A stretch of 61,764 bases of DNA, counting the filler, from Sluysia triapertura (lineage: Eukaryota), in NCBI GenBank assembly GCA_046118255.1. It is 5 parts of 5 records of this genome, joined end to end, with 100 filler letters (N's around TTAATTAATTAA, not from the genome) between each part and the next. Parts side by side here need not be neighbours in the genome. Positions count along the whole stretch, not along the records: positions 35,417 to 48,153 come from JBJNIA010085028.1; positions 48,254 to 61,764 come from JBJNIA010035706.1; 3 more parts are not named here. One strand, 5' to 3'. A model generated the notes under the pieces. It saw nothing but the letters and a program-made list of their open reading frames with translations, had not been told where the DNA came from and made no database searches. How positions within the stretch are numbered: the stretch's first letter is position 1; each line of letters starts with the position of its first letter. Made by a program: the position numbers and the translations under genes. This document shows positions 40,191-52,268 of the stretch, one piece after another.

Positions 40191-43179
40191 TAAAACACAA
40201 TATTTTCAATTAAATTAAGTATTTTTTAATAACTAATATTTATAGAAGGATGATTATTTTCTAAAATATTAATTTCACTATGATATACGCATTTATTTCT
40301 TCAATTAGATCTTGTAAAATATCATTTATTCAAGTACCTATGATATTTTATATCATTTGTATTGATATAGATTTTTTTATTAATTTTTAAATAATTGAAA
40401 ATATTATAGCCGTAATAGTAATAATAATAAATACAAATAGGTAATAAATAATAAATATAACTGTTTCCTTAAAGAATCATAAGTAGCTAATGATAAAATT
40501 AGTGAGTTCGTTTGCGAGTCAGGACTTTAGCAATTAAGGGCTCGTCCGCAAGATTTAGATGATCAGAAGTAAAGATACAAGGTACTATTAACAATGTAAT
40601 ATTTATTACTTTATCAGTGTATAATGCTAGTAAAGGCTTAATTTTTATTCAACAACTAAATTGAAGGATTAATCTCGTTTGAGTCTAGTAAGACTCGTTA
40701 ATGATTTATACCCTCATATTAATGATTAATTAATTTAATTTATGATTTTATGATCCTGTCTTAAAAAATATCTGAAAATGATAGTTTATCACATTTAAAC
40801 CGATGTTGGAGAAAGCAATTAACTAGTGATTAATTTTATAGAAATAAAATTGTATATGTCATTTCCCTTCAATTTATATTCTCGTTTTAAAAGAGATTTA
40901 CAAGTGTGCACAGATTGTTAGTCTTTTTTGGGGAAAATTATTATTAATCAACAACATTCGTAATAAATATTGATGATTACATTTTGGTAAATATGTTATA
41001 ATATTCAATAAATTCAGCTGAAAAAAGTAACTACAATAGTTATTTTAAGTTAAATTTTACCGCACTTATTAAATGTGCTTAAACTTATGAAAAAACAAAC
41101 TGATTTAATGAATCGTTTATAGGGATTAATGAGTGACTAATGTGGTTTTCATCTGTATATGATTTTAGAAAAACAAATAGATGAGGTATCCCAAAATGTT
41201 GTAAAATAATTGGTTTTGGGAGTTAAACTTTATTAATATTTACAATATCTTCAATTTATGATTTAATTAGACAATGAATAAAATAATGAAAATTTTATTG
41301 TTTTTTGGAAATCAGTAGTTAGAATTTGTCTAAAAAATGATGTTGTTTTTAATGCATACAGCACTACATATAGTTGATTTTAGTACTAATGTACTCTTAT
41401 TTTATTATGAAATATCTAGGCTGTTAAGCCTCATTGTTGTATTTATTATTATTAATATTGATGTTATTTTTATTAAAATGGAATTATTATTTTTATTATT
41501 GTTTTATTTATTTTTTATTATTAATTGAAAATAATATAATTATCATAATAATTAACATTTACAGATTATTATCATTGTTATTTTTTATAATTTTTATTAC
41601 AGTAACCTGGACATAACTGCAAAATATTTTAAAGTTCGATTATTTTGTAAAAATTTAAGTTTCATCTTATTTTGATTTATTTTGTGTTTTTTGTATCTTA
41701 GTTACTTTTCGTATCAGTTAAAACTTTCCTTATGTATTCTTTTGTTAATTTAATGTAAATTTATTCTGAGGTTTTAATCAGTACTTAACTCTGATGTAAG
41801 AAATGTAAGTGCAAAATTTTAATGGGTAATTTATATTTTCGTATTTTATTTCTCAAAACCAAATAATTAAGTAAAACTAAATGCTAAGAAAACTTTATTA
41901 ATAACAGCAAAATAATTCGTACAATATCGATTAAATAATTAAAAAGAAAATAATTTATATCACACGTGATTAGATTTTAGGTCTTTGATTTAATTTGTAA
42001 AAATTTTAATTTTACAAAAACCAAGGACCATAAATTTCAAGTCAAATATGTGCTAGTGTCTTATTGATAATATTGTAATTCGAATGATTCAAATCAAATA
42101 TGTTGATTAATTCAAATCAAATATAACAAATATGACACATACTTCAAATCATATATATTCAATGTCTTCTGATTTTGTGTCTCTGTCTCTCCATTTGTTT
42201 TTATAGTAAAATCCTCTATATATTAGATCCATATTATTCAGCCAATTTTTACTATATAACACGCATAAAATACTAATACATTATAGTATTATGAATTTTA
42301 ATTTAACTATTCGTTTATACATAACATATTGTGTGGCTTTTAATTTTAATTTCTATACTGTAGCTAAGATCATAATTTATTTTTATTTAATCTATTTTTT
42401 GGTACAAATTAATTATTTAGATAGCTACAATTTTACTAAGATTTATTTTTGCATATAACACGTCTCGATTTATTTTTAGTTTATTACAACAGTACATAAT
42501 CAAATAAATCAATTTCTATAAACTGAAAAGGAAATATAAATTCCAATTTCTTAAAAATTCCAAATAGCTGGTTAATGTATATTCAGTACATTCTCCAGTA
42601 CGATTGTCGATTAACCACGTATACAATTCAACCAAAAATTTTTAAACTTTCGCGCGAACTAGTTAACTCTCTTTTCTTGTATAATTATTTTATTTTACCT
42701 CACTATTTATATCCTACTTCCATAATAAATCCATTAAGAATAAATTAAAAATTTGTTTTCGAAATTCCATTAAAATTGAAAATTTACATTAAAGATTCAT
42801 TTAGTTATTAATTTAGAAATTCATTAAAATTTTTTTTGTGATACATTAAATAATTTGTAAGTTAAATATTTTTATAATGCATTAAATATCCATTAAATAA
42901 ATGAATATACATTAAACTAATTTATGTATTTTCCTTTTGTTATTATTTTTACAAAATTATGTTATTTCTTTTTAATTACTTCTAATTAACCTAACCTAAC
43001 TTAACCCTTGATTATTATATCAAAGAATCGTTAATAGGCAATTTACAGGCCCCATTTAAGAAAAAGTGAGTAAGTAGTTACTGTTATTATGTCTTTGTGT
43101 TATGCAATAATAATTTAAGTAATTATTTTTTTGGGTTTAATTCTGTCTTATGTAATAAACACATGAATTTGAATAATAT

Positions 43180-44260
43180 TAATCTTTATTTCAATATTCA
43201 CACGGCTTAAGCCATTGGAAACTTTAAATAAAATTTTAAAATTTTATTCTTTATTATATTAAGAATCCTTTGTCTAATTAAATGTTCGGTACCAGGCTTA
43301 TTATAAGAGAAATGTGTAGTTTCGTTAAGTCCAATTAAAGCAATTTCTACTTCGAAAAATGGATGATAATCTAAATTTGAATTTGAACCTTTATAAACTA
43401 TTGGTTTTGGTGTTATTTTAGTATAAAAGTTTCAATTTGTTTTGTCACTAATAGCTTTTATTATCGAATATAAATTTTCCTTATGATTATTATTCAGTAC
43501 AGTATAGCAAGATCGAAAATAAAGCAGTTATGTGTAATTAAAGGTAATATCTTTGATTGCATTTAAATGTTTATACTTAGTGCAAGTCATATTTTGCGTA
43601 TGATCTTTTTAAATTTAATAAGAATTTTAATGATTCCTTATTAGTTTGGTCAGTTTTATTTAGTAGGATATTCGGTATTCATTTGATTAATTCTATTCGA
43701 CGAAATGCTTAATATAATTTAATTGATTTAAACTTAATTCATTTAAAGCTGCCCTAGGGATTGTCAAAGCATGTTTCTAAAATTTTAAGGATGTTTAAAC
43801 TAAAATAATAAGCAAAATAACAAATTAGAAACTCAATTTTATAAGATCTGCAATAAAGAAAAATTTAACAATAATAACGAAGAGATTTGTAATTCTTATT
43901 TCACTCAATTTCTTTTCATATGTTTTAGATGTTTTGAATTAATTTTCTTCTAATATATTAACAAGAGATCTTAATAAATAAATGGTGTTTTAGACGGTAT
44001 TAATAAGTTCATATGAGTATATTCTAATTTTTTAAATTCATCATAATTAGGTGTTGTATGATAACCAAAATGATGCATTTGATCAAAAAATTATTAGTAA
44101 AGTACAGTTTAATGGCTTATAAATTTTTTATAATTTATGTTTAAATTGATGATAGAAATCTGGATGTAGATTTTTTTTAATCACATAATGAAATTTTATA
44201 ATTATGTAGCATAGAATCGTACCATTTAATAAAGATTACTATACGTGGTAAATGATTTCA
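43180..44260 (-). mobile_element. highly decayed Gypsy-like pol remnant (RNase H end and integrase)
   Basis: Scattered motifs in the expected order: IKWYDSMLHNYKI..HPDFLS, HFGYHTT, HPFFEVEIALIGL (cf. PF..V.IDL.GPL), KFPMA. Confidence 0.5.
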
Positions 44261-45044
44261 AACGAATATTGGCTGCTTGATAACTTTGTATTTATATCGA
44301 TTCATTTTTATTAAAGTAATTTTACGCCACTACCAATAAATAATTATAATCTACTTACTATTGTAAATAGGTAATAATAACTAATAAAAATAAAATAATA
44401 AGCATGCTATAATGAGCAAATTTTAAATTTTACGAATACAATAAAAGCATACTAGAGTAAATAGTACCACTTTAGTTTACAATTATAATAAAAACATAGT
44501 TTATATGATATTACTAAATTACATTTACTATATCATATTAATATTAACTCTTCTCTAATATTAACTTTTTGAAGAACTTTTTACTGCTTACTGAATTTGG
44601 AATTTTTTCAATACACATTCTGATTTATCTTACAAACTTTTGATGTAAATTTTCTTTTAATTTATAATATTTTGTTTATTCAATTATATTTTTACGTGTT
44701 GTACGTATTTAGATTTTTTAGACTATTTAGATGTGGTGACTCACATCTTTACACAAAATTTTAATACATTAAAATAAACTAAAAACCATATTTTAGATCA
44801 AAAAGCATTAAATTCATATTTTAAATTTAAATATAACAATAAACTAAATGGAATTTCTTTTAACACCTTTACCTTTGCTAATACTTTCCTTCGACACTCC
44901 TTCATATTTTTTTATCTTTTATGTTTACCCATGTGGTGCAATTTAAAAATTAATTACTGGTGCTTCCAACAAAAATAAAAATCAATAAGCAAACGACATT
45001 ACACAAAACAAGATCATTTTAAGTCAGTATCTAGTTTTTCAGCA

Positions 45045-45665
45045 TTAAAGAAAAGTCGACTCAAGACAGTCAAACACCAAGAAGCAAGTAAACACTTGAA
45101 TGAAAGTGAAAACAGAGAGTTGGAGCAGTATAATGATGAGCTTTGTAATAACGACAAAATAGGAAATATTGAAATTATTGATAACCAAAACAAAGTGGAG
45201 AAAGTTCGGTATAATGATTATAAGAAGTATGAACACTCCGAAAAAGCATATCGAGACTAAAGAAGTCATATTTACATGATAGGAAATAATCAAATGGATA
45301 ACAATACTAATTATATAAAATGTATTATAGAAGCCATGATTCAAAAGATCAAAATATGATAATGAGTTGATAAAACAACAAAATGTCGCAAAAGTGAATA
45401 CCTTAATGGGAAATGAATCTACAGTAGATGTTCAACTAAATACATTTAAGGCAATATCTACAAGAAATGTTACAAGGAATTATAAGAGAAATAAAATTAT
45501 CAACTCGATCAATAATATCAAGAAAGATTATTAAATACTTTAAGAGAATATAATCAAAATTTTTGTATTAACAAAACTGATAGTTTAAGAAAAACATTGT
45601 TGAAAAGATGAAGAGATGACTTTAATGAAAAGGAAATATTTGGTAAATATTTAAAACACAGAAAT

Positions 45666-45742
<77 letters not shown>

Positions 45743-46219
45743 GTATTTTAGTTTATACAACATTACTTTAATTAAACAAATCGTAATTAAAATAAAACTA
45801 TTTGAATCAATTCTATTTCTATTTACAAACATGGGCTTAAGACCCGAAATGATTAAAAGGGAACATATAATTAGAACATTTAATGAAGCGACAAGATTGA
45901 TTAACATCATAATATTCATGACAAAGTATAGTAGATATACTGTTTTTAATAAAAATAAAATAAACACTAAACACTGAACAGACAAAAATAAATAACCAGA
46001 ATCAAAAGTCTTAGTGCATACATAAAATGTTAGAAGCATAGCAAAAATAGCTACACTTTCATTGCCATAATTTCTAGATGTACTTCGACTTAAATGACCA
46101 GCGACAAAAAGAATGCAAATTATTGCAACAACTATAGTACATTTTTTTATAGTTGTATCATAAATATTCTCACATTTACTAAGACATTTATCATTATTTG
46201 ACGTAGTACTGTTACTCAA
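45045..46219 (-). pseudogene. STT3: divergent STT3 (oligosaccharyltransferase catalytic subunit)-derived transmembrane region
   Basis: VAGHLSRSTSRNYGNESVAIFAMLLTFYVCTKTFDSG...INL matches STT3 [37 protein letters not shown]...INL. YNTFYIIS...TSLVSICFFGVFILL matches YSTFYIVG...TSEHMAAAGVFALL. DNE has become GNE, no WWDYG domain follows, and a microsatellite interrupts it. Confidence 0.8.
45669..45741. repeat. (AAT)n-(ATT)n compound microsatellite, self-complementary
   Basis: An aat run switches to an att run, which explains the poly-I/poly-L in the ORF track. Confidence 0.95.
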
Positions 46220-46889
46220 ATTGAAAGATTTAATTGAACATTTGATGGCACCAATCTATCTCTGCACGTGAAACTGTTCGGAATAAAATGTATTGTCCGA
46301 TAATACGAAGTTGCTGATAATCTAAATGGAACGATCCACAAGCGTTCTATATCAGTAACACATTTCAATAAACGAATAAGGTTCTGAAAAATAGTTAAAG
46401 GTAAATTTGCTATCAAAATAAAAAGGAAGTAAGTCAATGATATAATATTCCGAATGAACTTTAGTGATTTTAATATTACTTGAAGGGCGGACATACCACT
46501 TTTAACTGTTGACACATTTGTATTACATTCAGTTCTTTTTATCATTGATTCAAGTCTTCCACTTTCAACGGAGTCGCCATAACTTAATTTTCTTAATATA
46601 TCAGCATTAGCAATGATTTCATCAATTTCATGTACAGTTGGATTTTCTCCTACCAACTGAAGTATAAGACGAAATTCAAATTTATCAATTACTCCATTTT
46701 TATCATTATCAAATAACATAAAAGCATCTCTGTAATCTAGAACATTGATATTTTGATAAATGAAAGTTTCAGATACTAACATTTTATTTCCTTATCAGTT
46801 AAATTATATTTTTTCTTTATAATCATCAACTTTTCGTCAGTTAAATCCTAAAAATCTATCTTTCTATATTATAAGTAACTTACACTCAT
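46216..46889 (-). CDS. calmodulin-like EF-hand gene (exons 46889-46884, 46847-46781, 46736-), truncated in EF2 and running into unrelated sequence
   Basis: ATGAGT|gtaagt, with 36-nt and 44-nt GT-AG introns, gives MSDLTDEKLMIIKKKYNLTDKEIKYYRDAFMLFDNDKNGVIDKFEFRLILQLVGENPTVHEIDEIIANADI (cf. CaM [21 protein letters not shown]...LGQNPTEAELQDMINEVDA). Similarity stops at about 46595. Confidence 0.75.
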
Positions 46890-46991
46890 TTAATTAAAGT
46901 AATTTATGTTCAACAAATGAACCATAACATTATTGATTACACACAAAAATACTATAAATAGAAAATCAGAATTCCATATATTTATTATTCA

Positions 46992-47763
46992 TTAACGATT
47001 TGATTTTGCTACTCTTTCCAATTCATCCTTCTTTTTAATTGCATACGAATTTGAGCTTCCTTTAGCAGCATTAATCAGTTCATCACTTAGACACTCAGCA
47101 ATTGTTTTCCCATTTTTCATAGCTGCTTCTCTAGCCCCAGTACATAATAAGGCTATAGCTTTATTGACTCTTCTCAACGGAGAAACATCCACGGCTTGGC
47201 GCTTTACTGTACCACCGCGCCCAATCCTTGTTGAATCTTCACGCATACCAGAATTTGAAATAGCTTTTACAAGAACTTGAATTGGATTCTAAAATTAAAT
47301 AAATTAGAAGCAAACAGAAAAATAATTTAAATTAGCATAAAAATTTAAATCGTCAGAAGCATTAAAAAATCACATTATCATACGAACGAGACATATTTCA
47401 TCATTTAAGCTATATTATGATTAGCAAAATAAAATAAAAATAACCTCGCCACTTAACAAACTAATAATTTGAAAGGATTGTTTAATTATATTTATTGCCT
47501 TTATTTTCTTACCGTTGTTACGACCATGCATCATTAAAGAACAAACGAATCTTTCGATGATAGGACATTGAGCTTTTCTAAATCTTTTTATTTGATACCT
47601 TCCTGCAGAATGGGGAATCAATTTAGCATATTTCTTGTTGTAATTTATATAATCCTATGTATACCGTAAAAAAAAATAAAAATTATACCGTTAAAGATAA
47701 GTCATAAGTTTGAACTTCTTCTGGGTTCCATTCTCCAAATAAGTTTACTTCAGTTGTTTCCAT
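46992..47763 (-). CDS. RPS5: 40S ribosomal protein S5 (uS7), exons 47763-47689, 47654-47445, 47288-46992
   Basis: [12 protein letters not shown]...|DYI...[22 protein letters not shown]...[10 protein letters not shown]...SGE|NPIQVL...[27 protein letters not shown]...[13 protein letters not shown]. The GT-AG introns are 34 and 156 nt, both phase 0. Confidence 0.98.
47347..47408 (-). ncRNA. intronic C/D-box snoRNA guiding 18S rRNA 2'-O-methylation
   Basis: Box C ATGATGA (47404-47398), guide GTCTCGTTCGT (47392-47382), D' ATGA (47381-47378), a C'-like TGTGATT, and box D CTGA (47356-47353) about 64 nt from the 3' splice site. The guide is complementary to conserved 18S ACGAACGAGAC. Confidence 0.88.
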
Positions 47764-48153
47764 TTCGAAAATTTAACAAAGTATATTATATGATTATTAA
47801 AACAAAGTAATGACAAAAAAATAATTGATAAAAATTGATAAATCATGAGATTAAAAAAATTCTTATTTTTGTAAATATTGTGTCATCTTTAAATTAATAT
47901 GTACAAATTAAGCACTAATTTTAAAAATTAAGTGCGTGTTGAAATATATTAGTGGTTACTATAAATTAAAAATTGATTTCCTTATAAAATACATGTATTT
48001 TCTAATTAACACTAGATTTACCAGGAATTTTCCATACCTATTTATACCTATTTTTTTTAATATTATTTAATTAACGAAAAAATAAAAACACTTGCGAAAT
48101 TAGTGCATTTAGTTTGTGTGGTAAAAGTCAAATATTGGTTTTTAAAATAAATA

Positions 48154-48253
48154 NNNNNNNNNNNNNNNNNNNNNNNNNNNNNNNNNNNNNNNNNNNNTTA
48201 ATTAATTAANNNNNNNNNNNNNNNNNNNNNNNNNNNNNNNNNNNNNNNNNNNN
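48154..48253. other. artificial scaffold spacer
   Basis: 44 N + TTAATTAATTAA + 44 N. Confidence 0.97.
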
Positions 48254-48489
48254 TATGATCTGAATCGTAATAATAATAGCGATAGTTCATGATAATTAGA
48301 TGTGATGGTCATGTTTGTTTTTGAATGAGTAATAGTTTGTTTAATAGTCTGTGTATATGTGAAGTGCTTTTGTGCGATGTAGTGTGATGGATTTTGTGTG
48401 AAGAATCCCCTACAATTATCATTTTAATCAATTTTATTATTATCATATTGATGCTAATAATTAAACAATTGTGCTTAACATATATTAAT

Positions 48490-48685
48490 AACTGCCAACG
48501 GTTGACAGTTCTAATTAAACAAAACCACAATGATTATATTTCCCGTCAACTGCTGACAGTCTCACAATGATAATATCATGTTTACCTTCCAATCACATCT
48601 AGTGACACAATGTTATTGGCTGTCCAATCAACATTGCACACATTTCTGTTCAAATTGATTTATTCATGATTGGACAGCTAATCAA
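48490..48685. repeat. CCAAT/ATTGG-rich dispersed repeat
   Basis: ctgccaacggttgacagt, attggctgtccaat (48615-48628) and attggacagctaat (48669-48682) are the same motifs as in 26540-26790. Confidence 0.6.
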
Positions 48686-48945
48686 TTTTCTTTACTTGTA
48701 TACATACATTGCAACTAGAATTTTATACAGCATACTTATTGTTTAGAGAGTTAAAAAACAAAAATAATTGGACGATTGGTAGTAAAAAAATTGATGGTCT
48801 CATGAGAACAAAAAAAGGTGAATAAATTGAAATTAAAAAATATAATAAAAAAGCCATAATAACAATTGTTGGAGCCTAAAAATTTTTGTTCAATATCGTT
48901 TCAAACCTATTTTAAATATTATTTACATAGAATTTAATTTTTTAT

Positions 48946-49783
48946 TTGTCTTTTCAAATATGCAACAACCGACCGAGCTTTGAAAGTTATACCACGTATG
49001 ATAAAGTTGTTCAAGTTATGTTATCAAACGGTCGTAAACACTTATTACAAAATAATTCTTATCAAGATTTACCACAATTTATTGGCTTCAGACGAACTTT
49101 CAGTGTCCTTTATATGTATGACCTTAACTATATTGCATCAAATTTTATATTGGATGTAAACATATTTCGTTTTGATTCAGATAGTGAATACTCAGCAGTT
49201 TATCTTACAAAAACGAAGTTAAACCATTTTTTATATTATTTTCGCATAAAGTAAACATTATGAAATCTATGGTATCTGAACATGTGGTTTTGTATGAAAT
49301 TTCGTTGAAAATTTTTGATCATTTTGCATCAAAAATTCTAGAATTAATTATAAAACCTATCATAAATAGATGTGGCTAGTAGAAAATTCGCTCAATTGTT
49401 TCAGTTGTTCATTATCAGCTACCTCAAGATCTCTTATAACATTCTGATAAGATTTGATGAACGTATGAAATTCCTCATAGATGTTGACTCTTTTATAATG
49501 AATGAGATGATGCAATCGATTCAACGTAGAACAAAAGTTAAATTTAAAACTAACAATGATCTTCAAACTCCGTTATGTTAAATTCGGCACAAACTGTATT
49601 TATGCCCATGATGCATTCGAAATCGAAGATGTTTTCGGTTTGGATTCACACGTCATAAATAATCATCGCATAATACGTGATTTAATACTATATGTGGCAT
49701 CATATCCAATCTATACTAATAACGAATGCGGCACTAAAGAACTTTATAATGCCAACACCGAAGTATACAGAGAAAATAAGTAG
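48946..49783 (+). pseudogene. frameshifted gene relic ending in a degenerate CCCH zinc finger (possibly roquin-like)
   Basis: Successive ORFs end in KFKT...PLC/KFGTNCIYAHDAFEIE, joined across a 1-nt frameshift. This fits K[FY]KT..C...C..G.NC.[FY]AH...E, with the first Cys missing. Confidence 0.5.
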
Positions 49784-51488
49784 CCTAAAACAAAATTTTA
49801 GTTTAAATGTAGAGTCAAAAAAATAAAACTAATGTGTGTTCTATCTTACTTTTATTTGATCAAATGTAATAACAAATTTGTAATTTACACAATTTTTACA
49901 ATGTTAGACATAAATGCTTTAATTAAGTTAATAAAATTATCTAATAAAGATCAATTAATTAACATTTATAAAAGTAAATAAATACCTTCAATAAAAATAT
50001 CAACACATTCATTCATACCAAGAATGTTTAATTGATTTGTGGAAACTTCATCCAGCATTGAATTTATTAATAATTAAATTAAGTAGTAAGTTTAGATTCT
50101 ATAGTATTGAAAACTCTTAAATTATAAGAGTTAGAAAATCAGACTTAAACGTAACTCTTTTACGTTGGTCCCTAAGACCAATAATAAAATCACATTAAAC
50201 TGTTAATTATGAGTTGACTAGGTCCATTTAAATAATTATTATTATAATTTTTGTCTATATATTATTCATCTTTGTAGTTTTGTTAAATTATTTTTATCAT
50301 TTTTTATAATATATATTAGATAACATTTATGATTGTTAATTTAAACATATAAAATACACCACATAATTTTTTGATGCAAAACTTGTATTTTTCGCTTTTC
50401 TTAACGCATTAATTCAAACATCTTAGTTAAGAACGGACACTTGTATTGCATTGTATATGTACATATTCATGGTAGTTACAAGTACGCCAATTATAAGTCG
50501 TATATTGTAAGCGGACTCTGCTGACTTTATTTTTGCTGATAAGATAGTTTAAGATAAAAAACAGCAGCATAAATAATAGCCAAAAATAAAAATAAATAAT
50601 TAAAATCGGAATATAGTGAGCGTAGACAACAAGTAGTAATAGAAATACAAAGAACACAAATAAAAGTTTTATGTAAACCTTGTAAATCGCTGATAGAACA
50701 ATTTAGGCTCGTTATTTGAGCAGGATCTTTCAAACACTCTCCGAGTCCATCAGCAAAGATACGTACATTGGCTTGATTCAAAATGCAACTTGTGCAATGT
50801 AATTTTAAAACATTTAATAACTACCGACTCTCGAAGAAAATCTGAACCTGAATGCTTTATTTTAGATCTGTCGCATATCTCATTTGTCTAAAATGTAAGT
50901 TATTAGAATTTTCTAAGATAACTGACAAGGTATAAGATTCTTCAATACTGAATCGAATCGAATTATAAAACTCATCAAATTGTACAAATTTAACAACAAT
51001 TTTACAACTGATTTCTGATATATATATTATCTGATATATTAACTGATATATTATCTGCTCTAGATTGTTTCATCATTCCCGATAGATCACTAAATTACAA
51101 AAACAGGATATTTGTATTTTAGTTTTTGTTTAACTGAACTATGAATAATTCTTAGTTTGACACTAAGATGAGTTCCGGAATTGAAATCAACTACATCTGG
51201 ATGAATAGCTAATTTTATTTTATAATGATTTTTCAAACAAAACAATTCAAGACTAAGAACATGAACACTTAATTTATTTATTTCGAAATTCAAAATCATC
51301 ACATCTATTAAAACCACGTAATTATAATTTTCATCATCATCTGGAACGTTCATGAATAAATTACTTTCGATATTATCCACTTCAAATACTTGTACGTTTA
51401 AATTGCTAACTTTATCATTTACAAATTTTATTATAGTTAGAACTTGCTTTAAAACATAAAATATCACTAACAGTTTGCTGTGGATACT

Positions 51489-51640
51489 CTAATTGTTGTC
51501 ATTGTGATTCAATGATAAACAGACTCTCAACAGCTTTAACAACCCTTTCAGGAATATTACGGTTAAGCTCAACATCATTGTAAACATTAATGATGCATAT
51601 TCATAATAATTCCGGTCACTTTTCAAAATTTTATAAATAT
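51489..51640 (-). pseudogene. possible further STT3-derived fragment
   Basis: ILKSDRNYYEYASLMFTMMLSLTVIFLKGL parallels LSRSTSRNYGNESVAIFAMLLT and the F/LKGL ending of the other copies. Confidence 0.35.
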
Positions 51641-51849
51641 GCATAATATTAAAACGAAAAATTTTTAGAATTTTTAAACAATTTTTAATAATGAAATCTA
51701 GAATCAAATTTTTAATAATAAAAAAATAGGAAAAACTGCTTATGAATATGTAGTGGTAAGGCTTTTCCATGTGGCACCTTTTTTGGTTCTGACATTCTGA
51801 CTGAAATAATGTTTTTGGCTGAAATGTTATTAATATAAGGATAGTTTTG

Positions 51850-52268
51850 AACTAAAAGCCTGGAATAATGTAGACGTTAAAGTGAGTGATTATGGTGTTT
51901 GGCTATTAAGATTAAATAGTACAAGATGTAGGTTTATGGTGTTTAATTTATTGGGGAGTGTTTGTTGAGTGATTGTAAATGTGGATGTAATTAAATTGTT
52001 TGTGATGTAAGGATGAGAAATAAAATATTTTGAATGAAAATTTAATGTGCTTGAATGGTTTAAAACGATATTGTGATTTGGATGTTGTGAGGTGTTCGAT
52101 AAGTTTTTAATGGATTTCTTGCTGTGAGTTGATAGTATTCTTTGTTATGAATTTATAGACTTGAGGTATTTTGAGAAGTAAGATTTTGTTTTTGTAGATT
52201 TGTGAGATTTTGGTATGTTTAAGATGGGATCTTACTAAAATTTGTTAGTTATAATGTTGGCCACCACA
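51850..52268 (-). repeat. C/A-skewed dispersed repeat starting TGTGGTGGCCAAC (possible LTR)
   Basis: Same terminus and composition as 26164(-) and 6628(+). Confidence 0.55.

Noticed and set aside
45045-46219. Hydrophobic ORFs as mitochondrial genes/NUMT
   Set aside because: The motifs match nuclear STT3, and no cox/nad/cob motifs were seen.
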